64,000 nucleotides of DNA from an uncultured Eubacteriales bacterium (lineage in GTDB: Bacteria; Bacillota; Clostridia; Christensenellales; CAG-138): contig CADAGD010000013.1 in the NCBI GenBank assembly GCA_902787375.1, positions 3,375 to 67,374 of the forward strand, read 5' to 3'. The position numbers were made by a program, and so were the translations under genes. The notes beneath the pieces are model-generated. The model did not search any database. It saw only the letters and a program-made list of their open reading frames with translations, and was not told where the DNA came from. Below are positions 21,357-30,171 of this stretch, piece after piece; position 1 is the stretch's first letter; the number at the start of each line of letters is the position of its first letter.

Positions 21357-23065
21357 TGGACGGACTATCATTATCCGCGGTCGTTCATGAGCTGAAATGC
21401 TTGATCGGCGGCCGTATAGAAAAGGTTCAGCAGCCCGAAAGGGATGAGCTTCTCATATCAATTCACACAGCAAGCGGCTCAAGCCGCTTGCTTGTTTCGG
21501 CTTCACCTGAAAACTGCCGCATATGCCTCTGCGACGAAAAAAAAGCTTCTCCCGCCGAGGCTCCGACATTTCTTATGCTGCTGCGCAAATACCTGACAGG
21601 AGCGCATATTTCCGGCATAAGTCAGCCCAACATGGACAGGCTTGTGGAGCTTGAGTTCGAAACGTACTCCGAGCTGCGCGATGTAATCAAGCTGCGCCTC
21701 ATATGCGAGATAATGGGCAGGCATTCAAATATAATACTTGTTGATGAAAACGGTTTTGTTATGGACGCCATTTGCAGGGTAACTCCCTCCGTTTCATCAG
21801 CAAGGCTTGTACTTCCCAAATTAAAGTACGAGTACCCCCCCTCCAGGGTCAAGCATAACCCATGCGAAGCATCCGCCACGGAGTTTGAAAGCGTAATTGT
21901 ATCGGCAGTAAAGCCCGAAGCCGCTCTATCCGAATATTTTTACGGACTGTCTCCCGCTGTCGCCAAAAGGCTTTTGGCTTCACTCGGATACCCCGATTGC
22001 GGTTCACGGGTGCTTTCCGAAAGGCTTGTAAGCTTCTACAATGATTTTTCCGCCGGGCATTTCAAGTCCTGCATTATAAGAGCCGACGGCAGATCAATAT
22101 GCACACTTCCCTTCCTTCCCGCTGACGACTCCGAGTATGCAGCATTCGCCTCCATGTCGGAGGCAGTTTCAGAGTTTTACAGGAGCCGCGCTGTCGAGGA
22201 AAGCATACGGCGTCGCACTTCGTCGTATGAGCATGTTGTAAAAAACGCCATATCCAAGCTTGAAAAAAAGCTCCTGATATTCTCGGACGCCATATCAAGC
22301 GAGGAGGAAAACGAAAAGCTTCGCCTCTACGGAGAGCTTATAACCGCAAATCTTTATTCTATACCCCAGAGAGTCTCTTCCGTTGCTCTCAGCAATTATT
22401 ATACAGACCCTCCTGAGCTTATGGAGATTCCGCTTAACCCGATGCTGTCCGCCGCGGACAACGCCCAGAAGTATTACAGCAGATACAGAAAAGCCAAGCT
22501 TGCCCGCGAACACGCTCTTGAGATGCAGAAAACCGTCACGGATGAGCTTGCATACCTTGATGATATTCTCTACACGCTCTCATGCTGTGATGGCGAATCC
22601 GAGCTGAACGAGATTCGGCAGGAGCTTGTTTCGGCAGGATATGTTAAGGATACTCAGGCTAAGAAAAATAAAAACGGACGTACTGCCGCATCAGTAAAGC
22701 TGCCGCCCTCCAAGCCTTACAGCTATACGTCCAAGGACGGCATCAAGATATTTGTCGGCAAGAACAACCGTCAGAATGACAAGCTTACAACAAGCATCGC
22801 CTCCCCGAATGATACATGGCTCCATGTCAAGGACATACACGGCTCCCATGTCATAATAAGAAGCGAAGCTCCCATACCCGACGGTACGCTCTATGAGGCC
22901 GCTATGCTTGCCGCGTATTATTCAAAGGCAAGAGGCTCCGCCAATGTACCCGTTGACTATACGCTTGTCAAGTATGTGAAGAAGCCAAGCGGCGCAAAGC
23001 CGGGTATGGTTATCTACACTCATCAGCATACGGTTTATGTCACTCCCGACAAGGAATACAGTTAA
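21356..23065 (+). CDS. rqcH: Ribosome quality-control factor RqcH (NFACT / fibronectin-binding protein A family)
   Basis: NFACT-N type N-terminus (MDGLSLSAVVHELK) and C-terminal NFACT-R/DUF814 string WLHVKDIHGSHVIIR. 569 aa. Confidence 0.9.
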   Translation: MDGLSLSAVVHELKCLIGGRIEKVQQPERDELLISIHTASGSSRLLVSASPENCRICLCDEKKASPAEAPTFLMLLRKYLTGAHISGISQPNMDRLVELEFETYSELRDVIKLRLICEIMGRHSNIILVDENGFVMDAICRVTPSVSSARLVLPKLKYEYPPSRVKHNPCEASATEFESVIVSAVKPEAALSEYFYGLSPAVAKRLLASLGYPDCGSRVLSERLVSFYNDFSAGHFKSCIIRADGRSICTLPFLPADDSEYAAFASMSEAVSEFYRSRAVEESIRRRTSSYEHVVKNAISKLEKKLLIFSDAISSEEENEKLRLYGELITANLYSIPQRVSSVALSNYYTDPPELMEIPLNPMLSAADNAQKYYSRYRKAKLAREHALEMQKTVTDELAYLDDILYTLSCCDGESELNEIRQELVSAGYVKDTQAKKNKNGRTAASVKLPPSKPYSYTSKDGIKIFVGKNNRQNDKLTTSIASPNDTWLHVKDIHGSHVIIRSEAPIPDGTLYEAAMLAAYYSKARGSANVPVDYTLVKYVKKPSGAKPGMVIYTHQHTVYVTPDKEYS

Positions 23066-23213
23066 CATGAATTGAGCATATTTCATGAAGCGTTTTGTCA
23101 AGTGTTTTTTCTGTTTTATTGACGATTGCCTTTTATCGAACGGTAGAACTGTTCACATTTTTTTGCTATACTATGATTGCGTTTATCAAATCGGGATTTG
23201 TGGGGAGCATGTT

Positions 23214-24128
23214 ATGAAATACTATTTAAACAAGGAACTTTCCAAAATGGGAAGAAAAAAAGCTCCATCCAAAATATTTTTATATCCCGTAGTGAATACA
23301 TTCCTTCAGATGTATACATGTAAATCAGATGATGATGTTTTCGTAAAAAAGTGTTATATTCCGGGATATGGTGGTGCAAATCTAAAAACATTTTTGATTG
23401 AACCTAAGAATGGTTATAATGAATCGCCGTGCATTGTTTTTTATCATGGTGGTGGCTTTTTGCTGAGGGCATCAAAAACGCATTATCAAATAGCTAAATG
23501 GTATGCAAAAAAAGTTGGATGTAAGGTGGTCTTTGCCGATTATCGTTTGCTACCAAAGTATAAATTTCCAGTTGCAATTGAAGACTGTTTTGAAACCTAC
23601 AAGTGGGTTTTAGATAATGCTGATATATTAGGGATTAGTAAGAATAAGGTTGTATTGGCGGGAGATAGTGCAGGTGCAAATATTTCTGTGGCAGTAACAA
23701 TGATGGCAAAAGACAGAAATATCCCCTGTCCTAAAGGCAATCTATTGATTTATCCAGTTTTAGATAGGCGTATGAATACGGCATCAATGGAGAAATATAC
23801 AGATACACCAGTATGGGACTCCCATCGAAATAAGATGTTTTGGAAAACTTATTTAAATGAATATACAAACGAACAAATAAAATATGCATCACCAATGGAA
23901 GCAGAATCATTAATGGGTTTTCCTAATACATATATTGAGGTTGCTGAATTTGATTGTTTACATGATGAGGGAATTGAATTTGCTAACCGGCTGAAGAAGG
24001 AAAATGTTAACGTGGAACTTTATGAAGTAAAGGCCGCATGTCATGGTTTTGAAGATGCGTTAAATAGTGAGCTTTTACATAAATGTATGGAGCGTCGAGT
24101 TAGATGGGTTGGAGAACAATTTGCATAG
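23214..24128 (+). CDS. Alpha/beta hydrolase, hormone-sensitive-lipase-type esterase
   Basis: Oxyanion motif YHGGGF and nucleophile elbow GDSAGAN. ATG 23214 is preceded by GGGGAG. The composition is visibly AT-rich. Confidence 0.85.
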   Translation: MKYYLNKELSKMGRKKAPSKIFLYPVVNTFLQMYTCKSDDDVFVKKCYIPGYGGANLKTFLIEPKNGYNESPCIVFYHGGGFLLRASKTHYQIAKWYAKKVGCKVVFADYRLLPKYKFPVAIEDCFETYKWVLDNADILGISKNKVVLAGDSAGANISVAVTMMAKDRNIPCPKGNLLIYPVLDRRMNTASMEKYTDTPVWDSHRNKMFWKTYLNEYTNEQIKYASPMEAESLMGFPNTYIEVAEFDCLHDEGIEFANRLKKENVNVELYEVKAACHGFEDALNSELLHKCMERRVRWVGEQFA

Positions 24129-24173
24129 CACAAATTCCAGTTTGTCGGACTGTATTCAACCATAAAACACGAC

Positions 24174-24212
24174 CGGCGGGATAGTGCTATTATCCCGCCG
24201 TTGTTCTTTTTT
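24174..24212. terminator. Intrinsic terminator shared by convergent esterase and recombinase-fragment genes
   Basis: 10-bp stem CGGCGGGATA (24174-24183) / TATCCCGCCG (24191-24200), followed by TTGTTCTTTTTT. Confidence 0.7.
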
Positions 24213-24657
24213 ACCGTTCATGCTCATGCTTCCTTGTCGGCTGCTCTCTGCCGTTTTCTTCCCGCAAGATACTGTAAACATTCCTGCGGATTTGCTCCAC
24301 TTCTTTGACCTCATCTTTGAGCGCATAATACCGGCGGGTTAGCTCTTTCTTCTCGCCGTTCAGTTTGTCGCGCTCCGCTTTCCATGCCTTTAGGGGAATA
24401 CTTGTCTTGCCGTTCATTATGCCGATTTTTCCGCTTTCCACATCGTCCATCATTCGCACATAGGCAGAGCGGTCAAAGAATCTGCCGCTTTCATCGTCGT
24501 CGATATAGTGACGGATGTTCGTCAGCTTTTCCTGTCTTGCGTACCTCTCTAAAAAAGCCTTTTGGATGACTATGCTGTTGCTATCGCCGCCGTCCCTGTC
24601 CTCGTCACCAACTGAAAGGCGGGAGTATAGCGCGGTGATCTTGTTGTATTGTGTCAT
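24211..24657 (-). pseudogene. Truncated/chimeric large serine recombinase (first ~80 aa of the resolvase domain joined to an unrelated coiled-coil tail)
   Basis: From ATG 24657 (GGAGG RBS) the translation is ITALYSRLSVGDEDRDGGDSNSIVIQKAFLERYA...IRHYIDDDESG...VESGKIGI. It then switches to KAWKAERDKLNGEKKELTRRYYALKDEVKEVEQIRR. Only 148 aa, with no recombinase or zinc-ribbon domains. Confidence 0.7.
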
Positions 24658-24713
24658 GGCGTTATCCTCCTTTGCGTCCATAAACAATTCCTTACAGTTG
24701 ATAGTATGCACCC

Positions 24714-24756
24714 CAGCAGGCAGTTCCATGCGTGAATGCCTGCTGATGTTTTTTTC
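24714..24756. terminator. Hairpin abutting the gpr stop codon; U-tract lies on the + strand
   Basis: 9-bp stem CAGCAGGCA (24714-24722) / TGCCTGCTG (24737-24745), followed on the + strand by ATGTTTTTTT. On the minus strand the stem is followed by GGGGTGC. Confidence 0.45.
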
Positions 24757-25672
24757 AGGCGATAAGCATATGAACATCCTCAAAATGCTCCCCAAAGAGC
24801 GCCTTATTGATTCCCTTTGCCACGATACCCGACATATCCTCTATTATGCTGTCAATGTCCTTCGGAGTCACCACCATGCCGTCCATATGCTCGGTTATGA
24901 CCTTGGCGGCAAGCTGCTTCAGCTTCTCCTCATCGCCATGCAAGCCCGTTTCATCGGCTATCATTGATATTGTGTCCTGAGTTATTGTGGAAGCATATAC
25001 CACCATCGGCACGCCTATTGCGATTACGGGTATCTCAAGACTGTCCCTGTTCAGCCCAACCCTGATGTTTCCAACACCCGAACCCGGATCTATTCCGGCG
25101 TCGGATAGCTGTATTGTCGTGCTTATCCTTGAAGCGCGTCTTGACGCCAAGGAGTCTATGGCAATTATAATATCGGGCTTTATTCTGTCAGTCATGCCCT
25201 TTATAAGCTCATACGTTTCAACGCCTGTTGAGCCAAGCACGCCTGGAGCCACCGACGCGACCGACATTATCGGATACTCAAACGCCTCCGGGATGTATTG
25301 TTTTACATGGCGCGTAACGTATATACGCTCCGCTACCCTCGGCCCAAGCGAATCCGGCGTTACATCCCTATTGCCAAGTCCTACTATAACCACATTCGCT
25401 TCATCTGAAACACCGCTCATAAGCCGACGAAGCTCATCAGCAAGCCTTTCGGACATGCTTTCGAATAGGTCAAGCGGTCTGTCGATGAGCCTAGGAGCGT
25501 CGAGTGTTACATAACTGCCCAGCCTTTTCCCAAGCTGATTCGCGGCTTGTTCCGAATCAATCCTGATTCTCGTTATGCTTATATCCTCATAGTCCTCTTT
25601 TTCTTCCGAAACGCCCTCTATATTGGGGTTCAGTTCTCTTGCCTCGCACGCAAGATCGGTATAAAGTCCCAT
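24755..25672 (-). CDS. gpr: Germination protease (spore endopeptidase, A25 family)
   Basis: VVIVGLGNRDVTPDSLGP motif. Starts at ATG 25672 (MGLYTDLACEA) with an AAAGGAG RBS. Divergent from rpsT, as in Bacillus. Confidence 0.9.
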   Translation of the reverse strand: MGLYTDLACEARELNPNIEGVSEEKEDYEDISITRIRIDSEQAANQLGKRLGSYVTLDAPRLIDRPLDLFESMSERLADELRRLMSGVSDEANVVIVGLGNRDVTPDSLGPRVAERIYVTRHVKQYIPEAFEYPIMSVASVAPGVLGSTGVETYELIKGMTDRIKPDIIIAIDSLASRRASRISTTIQLSDAGIDPGSGVGNIRVGLNRDSLEIPVIAIGVPMVVYASTITQDTISMIADETGLHGDEEKLKQLAAKVITEHMDGMVVTPKDIDSIIEDMSGIVAKGINKALFGEHFEDVHMLIA

Positions 25673-25762
25673 ATAAAAATCTCCTTTATATCTGTCTAAA
25701 CCTATTATCCGCAAACCTCGAAAATATATATCGGTCAACCGCGCAATATATTGAAAAATCAC

Positions 25763-25791
25763 TTGCAATAACTCTCGAAAAGTGATACAAT
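25763..25791 (+). promoter_or_regulatory. Sigma-A promoter of rpsT
   Basis: TTGCAA (25763-25768), 17-nt spacer, TACAAT (25786-25791). Confidence 0.55.
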
Positions 25792-25827
25792 ATCTCTGTT
25801 CGAGATTTGTATAGGAGTTGAACCGAT

Positions 25828-26088
25828 TTGGCAAACATTAAGTCAGCTATCAAGCGTGTTAAGATCACTGAGAAGCAGAATCTGCGTAACCGCATTGCTA
25901 CTTCCCAATATAAGACCGCTGTTAAAAAGTTTGACAAGGCGTTGGAGTCTGGCGATGAAGCTCTCGTAAACGAGACATATACCAATGCAGTCAGCATGGC
26001 GGATAAGGCTGCCGCTAAGGGCGTTATTCATAAGAACGTCGCCAATCGTAAAAAGGCTCAGCTTGCCAAGAAGCTTGCTGCCAAATAA
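25828..26088 (+). CDS. rpsT: 30S ribosomal protein S20
   Basis: MANIKSAIKRVKITEKQNLRN. TTG start with an AGGAG RBS. 86 aa. Confidence 0.95.
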   Translation: MANIKSAIKRVKITEKQNLRNRIATSQYKTAVKKFDKALESGDEALVNETYTNAVSMADKAAAKGVIHKNVANRKKAQLAKKLAAK

Positions 26089-26119
26089 GGTTTATCGTTT
26101 TGATTTACCCACTGATTGA

Positions 26120-26156
26120 AAAGGTCGATAGCAATATCGACCTTTTGGTGTTTTGG
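26120..26156 (+). terminator. Intrinsic terminator of rpsT
   Basis: 11-bp stem AAAGGTCGATA (26120-26130) / TATCGACCTTT (26135-26145), GCAA loop, tail TGGTGTTTTGG. Confidence 0.75.
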
Positions 26157-26163
26157 TTAATCA

Positions 26164-27156
26164 TCAAACAGGGTTCTTTCGCCAGTTGTGCTTTAAAAGC
26201 ACCATTTCAAGATACTTCTCTTCTTTAAATGTTCCGCTGATGCGCATATATGAGGTATCCGAAAGCTCCGATATGAGATTTAGCAGCTCGCCCTGAGTGA
26301 ACATTCTCGCGGCGTCAAATGCCTTTTCATTCGCATATCTGTTTCCATCCATTCGGGCGACGGTATCACGCTTATTCAGCTTAGCGTCAATACCCCTTCT
26401 TGCCTCAAGTATTATCTTGAATCGCCCCGCAAGGAATGCGGCAATGCTCATAGGCTCATTGCCCTCGTCAATCAACGAGTGGAGTGCGACTATTCCATCC
26501 CCTTCTTTTCCGTATGTGAACATATCCAGCATATCGAATATCCTGACGTCCAGAGCCGCCCTCGTGCATACCGAAATATCCTGTGCCGATACGGTGCTTC
26601 CGCTTCCGACATAATCTATGAGCTTATCCGTTTCGCTGACGAGATTTGCCATGTCCGTTCCGACTGTTCCGACAAAGATCCTTGCAACATCAGCCGTCAT
26701 AAGCACTCCTGCCTCGCCGGTATGTTTAACGCACCATCTGATACACTCCTCCTGTGAAAGCGTATCAAACAGGACGTCGGAACCGTTCTTGGCAGCAAGC
26801 TTCAATATCGCGCTGTTTGCCGCCAGCTTGCCCTTGAATACGAGCAGCAATACGGTTTCATCGGGTATGTTGCTCAGGCATTCCATATACTTTGGCACTT
26901 CGATTCCGTCCGCAAGCTCATAGCAGATCACAAATCGCTTGTCTGAAAACAGCGGAAGTGTCATACATGCTTCCGATAGCACTTGGGGCGTCGGCTTCTC
27001 AAGCTCCGTCACATTAAAAGGACGTAAATCCTCATCAACCGAATTGACGATCTCATTTATCGCCCGTTCCTTGACATACTCCTCATCGCCATGCAGAACA
27101 AACGCACGCGATGGCAAGCCTTGCTTAATTAATTTAAAAAAATCCGAATGGTTCAT
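26164..27156 (-). CDS. holA: DNA polymerase III delta subunit
   Basis: 330 aa with the VLHGDEEYV N-terminal string. Positioned between comEC and rpsT exactly as in B. subtilis. ATGA overlap with comEC. Confidence 0.75.
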   Translation of the reverse strand: MNHSDFFKLIKQGLPSRAFVLHGDEEYVKERAINEIVNSVDEDLRPFNVTELEKPTPQVLSEACMTLPLFSDKRFVICYELADGIEVPKYMECLSNIPDETVLLLVFKGKLAANSAILKLAAKNGSDVLFDTLSQEECIRWCVKHTGEAGVLMTADVARIFVGTVGTDMANLVSETDKLIDYVGSGSTVSAQDISVCTRAALDVRIFDMLDMFTYGKEGDGIVALHSLIDEGNEPMSIAAFLAGRFKIILEARRGIDAKLNKRDTVARMDGNRYANEKAFDAARMFTQGELLNLISELSDTSYMRISGTFKEEKYLEMVLLKHNWRKNPV

Positions 27157-28682
27157 AATCTGATTATATCCGCAATAATACTTGTTGTAAACAGGAAAAA
27201 TACCGCCATGCCGATCTTCATACGCGCCTTCAGCGGTCTTAGCACATATCCTGAAACGCTGAACATCAACAGAAGCATAAGGACGCCTGTCAGCACGGAC
27301 GGCGTGAATGTTTCTATCTGCGCATGCGGAAGGCTTCTTATGCTGTCAAGCACGGTTAACGCTCCGTCAATAAGTCGGTTTGGAATCCAAGCCAAATATC
27401 CACTAAGCTCCGGAAACGGTATGCCGACTATCAGAAGGATGAAGCTGAACACAATGGCGATTGAAAAAGCCGGTACGGCAATAAGATTTGCAAGTATACC
27501 GTATGTATTGAAAACTCCGAAATACCTCGCGCTTATTATGCTCGTCGCGGCAGTTGCTCCGAATGTGACCAATACGGTATTCAGGATTCTGTTCAGCAGA
27601 AGGCTCTTTGTTTTCGCACTACCCGCGCTCGCCGTCAGAATTATGCCAAGCGTCGCGGCAAATGACAGTTTAAATCCAACGGAGAAAAGCTTATACGGGG
27701 AAAACATGAGTATAATAAGCAGGGCAAGCGAAAGGGATGAAAGCGCATCCCTTCTTCGCTCCGTCACTTCGGACAGAACAAGGCAAATGCACATAATGGA
27801 CGCTCTTACTATGGATGCAGAGAACGCGGCGACGGCACAGTACATCAGAAGAAAAGCTCCCGTGATTACCAATCTGAGCCATGGAAAACGCTTGGGCAGG
27901 ACTGCAAAAAGCATTGCCGTCAAAAGCCCTACATGAAAGCCGGACAGCGAAAGCAGATGTGCCGTCCCCGTTTCCCGCAAGCTCTCCAAATCCTCCTTGT
28001 CAACCTTCACTTTTTCGCCAAGCAGAAAACCCGATACAATGGATGAGTTCTTTCCGAATATAAGCTCAATGCGCTCGTTGAAAAACTCCCTCAATGTAAT
28101 CGCGCCCTGTCTTACGGGCAGATTGTCGCTCGACAGCAGTTTCCAATACTCGCACTCAGCTTTAAGCCCAATGCCGTCGGCAAGCAGATTAAGCCTCTCA
28201 TCATATGAGTTGAACCGCGCCGCGGGCAGCTTAACGCTGCCATTGAAGGCAATTCTGTCCCCCACATTCGGGCAGCCGCCATCCGACTTTACGCTGAGCT
28301 TTACTTTGCATGGCACTTGAGCGTTGTTTATGCCGACATCGCTCAGTATCACTATGCCGGGTTTGGGTATGTCATCCACTATGCCCGTCATAAGACAATC
28401 CCCATTGTATGAACCATACTGCGGAATGACCGCCATTCGGATAACTGCCAGTACGAAGAAGCCTGCAAATATCAGCGGGGTCTTTACGCCCCTGATAACG
28501 GCGTATGTGCCAAGCGAGAACACAATAAGCAGCAAAGCTACCGAGAGGACAATATACAGCGTGTATGAAACATCAAGATTACGCAATGTTTCGAACGCAT
28601 AAATGCCCAATACAAATCCAACCGCTGCGATAAAAAGCGGTCGGAAATTGATTATTCTATTCGGATCATGCTCCTCAAACAC
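27153..28682 (-). CDS. comEC: ComEC/Rec2-family DNA internalisation channel, short form without metallo-beta-lactamase domain
   Basis: Polytopic membrane protein with the competence-domain string AHLLSLSGFHVGLL. It is 509 aa and ends overlapping holA. Confidence 0.8.
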   Translation of the reverse strand: MFEEHDPNRIINFRPLFIAAVGFVLGIYAFETLRNLDVSYTLYIVLSVALLLIVFSLGTYAVIRGVKTPLIFAGFFVLAVIRMAVIPQYGSYNGDCLMTGIVDDIPKPGIVILSDVGINNAQVPCKVKLSVKSDGGCPNVGDRIAFNGSVKLPAARFNSYDERLNLLADGIGLKAECEYWKLLSSDNLPVRQGAITLREFFNERIELIFGKNSSIVSGFLLGEKVKVDKEDLESLRETGTAHLLSLSGFHVGLLTAMLFAVLPKRFPWLRLVITGAFLLMYCAVAAFSASIVRASIMCICLVLSEVTERRRDALSSLSLALLIILMFSPYKLFSVGFKLSFAATLGIILTASAGSAKTKSLLLNRILNTVLVTFGATAATSIISARYFGVFNTYGILANLIAVPAFSIAIVFSFILLIVGIPFPELSGYLAWIPNRLIDGALTVLDSIRSLPHAQIETFTPSVLTGVLMLLLMFSVSGYVLRPLKARMKIGMAVFFLFTTSIIADIIRL

Positions 28683-29058
28683 GCATTACAGCCATTGCCT
28701 CTATCTCGACAAGACCTCCTGCAGGCAGAGCCGCGACCTCAACACAGCTCCTCGCGGGATGGGGCTGGGGTATGAGCATTCCGTACAGCTTGTTTATCTG
28801 CGGGAAATCTGACATATTCTTAACGAAAACCGTGGTCTTTACAAGGCAGTCAAGACCGGAGCCGGCTTCCTCAAGTATCGCCTTGAGATTGTTTATCGCC
28901 TGTATTGCCTGCGCCTCAACACCCTCGGCAAGCTTTCCGGTTTCCGGATTGATGCCGAGCTGACCTGATGTGAATATCATCTTGCCAACCGTCACGGCAT
29001 GACAATAGGGGCCGATGGCCTCAGGGGCATTCTTTGCATTAAAGTTCTGTTTAAGCAT
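28675..29058 (-). CDS. ridA: RidA/YjgF-family reactive-intermediate deaminase
   Basis: APEAIGPYCHAV and C-terminal VEIEAMA. ATG 29058 has a GAGGAGG RBS. The listed ORF start at 29121 is an extension. Confidence 0.85.
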   Translation of the reverse strand: MLKQNFNAKNAPEAIGPYCHAVTVGKMIFTSGQLGINPETGKLAEGVEAQAIQAINNLKAILEEAGSGLDCLVKTTVFVKNMSDFPQINKLYGMLIPQPHPARSCVEVAALPAGGLVEIEAMAVMRV

Positions 29059-29566
29059 TTTTATTATCCTCCTCAAATGGATTAAAACCGCTTTGTCCGC
29101 AGTTTTTTTCATATGTCTCAATAATACAGTCGTTCCAGAGTATCAGGGCGTTTTCACCCGTATCGGAATAATACCTCTTTCGCGTTCCCGCATACGCGAA
29201 CCCCAATGAAGCGTACAACCTTTGGGCGGTATGATTGTTCTCACGCACCTCAAGCGTCATTCTCTCCGCGCCTTTTTTCAGCGCTTCTTTCATCAGGTGC
29301 AGTATCAGATTTCTCGCTATGCCTTTGTTGCGGTGTGAGGGCTCAACGCCTATATTAGTCATATGCGCCTCATCAAGCATGACCCATATACCCGCATAGC
29401 CGCAAACCTCATCGCCGTCAACCGCAACCGCGTAATAGGCGACGTCGTTCTTTAACTCCCCCATGAGGGAGTTATAGCTCCAAGGACTTGTGAAACATAT
29501 CTTTTCAAGCTCGGCAACACGAGCCACGTCCGTTTCAACCATCCTTCTGTATTGTATTTCTGTCAC
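29051..29566 (-). CDS. rimI: Ribosomal-protein-alanine N-acetyltransferase (GNAT)
   Basis: GNAT acetyl-CoA motif HRNKGIARNL. 171 aa with a typical RimI N-terminus (IRRM..DV..V.ELE). Confidence 0.75.
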   Translation of the reverse strand: MTEIQYRRMVETDVARVAELEKICFTSPWSYNSLMGELKNDVAYYAVAVDGDEVCGYAGIWVMLDEAHMTNIGVEPSHRNKGIARNLILHLMKEALKKGAERMTLEVRENNHTAQRLYASLGFAYAGTRKRYYSDTGENALILWNDCIIETYEKNCGQSGFNPFEEDNKNA

Positions 29567-30171
29567 ACAGAGCCTCCCTTTTCATACTTTGCGAAGCATA
29601 CCGTCGCGGCATATACGCTCCTGCACCCACAGTTTTTCAATGCGCGGGCGCACTCCGACAGCGTTGCTCCCGTTGTCCTAACGTCATCTACCAGCAGAAT
29701 GCTGACGCCGCCGCATCTGTCATCCGCTATAAAGGCATCTTTGAGATTGCGTTTTCTGCCGGCCTCCGTCAGCTTTGCCTGCTGCTTCGTATTCATTCGT
29801 CTGACAACCATCGTCGTATCAAGCTTCAAACCAAGCCTCGCCGCTATATGCTTTGCAATAAGCTCGCTTTGATTATAGCCTCTTTTTGCAAGTCTTTTAT
29901 AGTGAAGCGGTATCGGCACTACCACATCAACATCCCATTCTTCGGATATTTTCACAGCGTCGGCAAGTATCTTGGCTATGTATCTTGCGTTGTTGTATTT
30001 CAGCCTTTTAACCATGCTTCCCGAAACATCGTTATAAATGTAGGCAGCCGTATATCCTTCAATGTTTTCTATCGGCGGTGCGGAATTGAACATCTCAAGT
30101 CCCATGCCGCAATCCCGGCAAAGCCCCGATTCCGTATTATCTCCTTTATTCCCATTGTCAGGCGTCCACAT
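29563..30171 (-). CDS. comFC: ComF-family phosphoribosyltransferase-like protein (ComFC)
   Basis: PRT motif ILLVDDVRTTGATL and N-terminal CRDCG. Overlaps recD2 by 14 nt and rimI by 4 nt. Confidence 0.8.
   Translation of the reverse strand: MWTPDNGNKGDNTESGLCRDCGMGLEMFNSAPPIENIEGYTAAYIYNDVSGSMVKRLKYNNARYIAKILADAVKISEEWDVDVVVPIPLHYKRLAKRGYNQSELIAKHIAARLGLKLDTTMVVRRMNTKQQAKLTEAGRKRNLKDAFIADDRCGGVSILLVDDVRTTGATLSECARALKNCGCRSVYAATVCFAKYEKGGSV

Larger units (their letters stand above)
23066..24754. mobile_element. Probable decayed integrative-element remnant (AT-rich esterase cargo plus truncated serine recombinase)
   Basis: A 60-nt GC spot count gives ~37% at 23401, against ~48% at 22801 and ~55% at 25201. 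A recombinase fragment is present, and synteny breaks after gpr. Confidence 0.4.

Noticed and set aside
24658-24795. The upstream extension of the recombinase-fragment ORF overlapping the gpr 3' end, as a possible gene overlap.
   Set aside because: The extension (MGSILRMFICLSPEKNISRH...) runs through the hairpin at 24714-24745 and has no RBS. The recombinase homology starts only at the internal ATG 24657, which does have a GGAGG.
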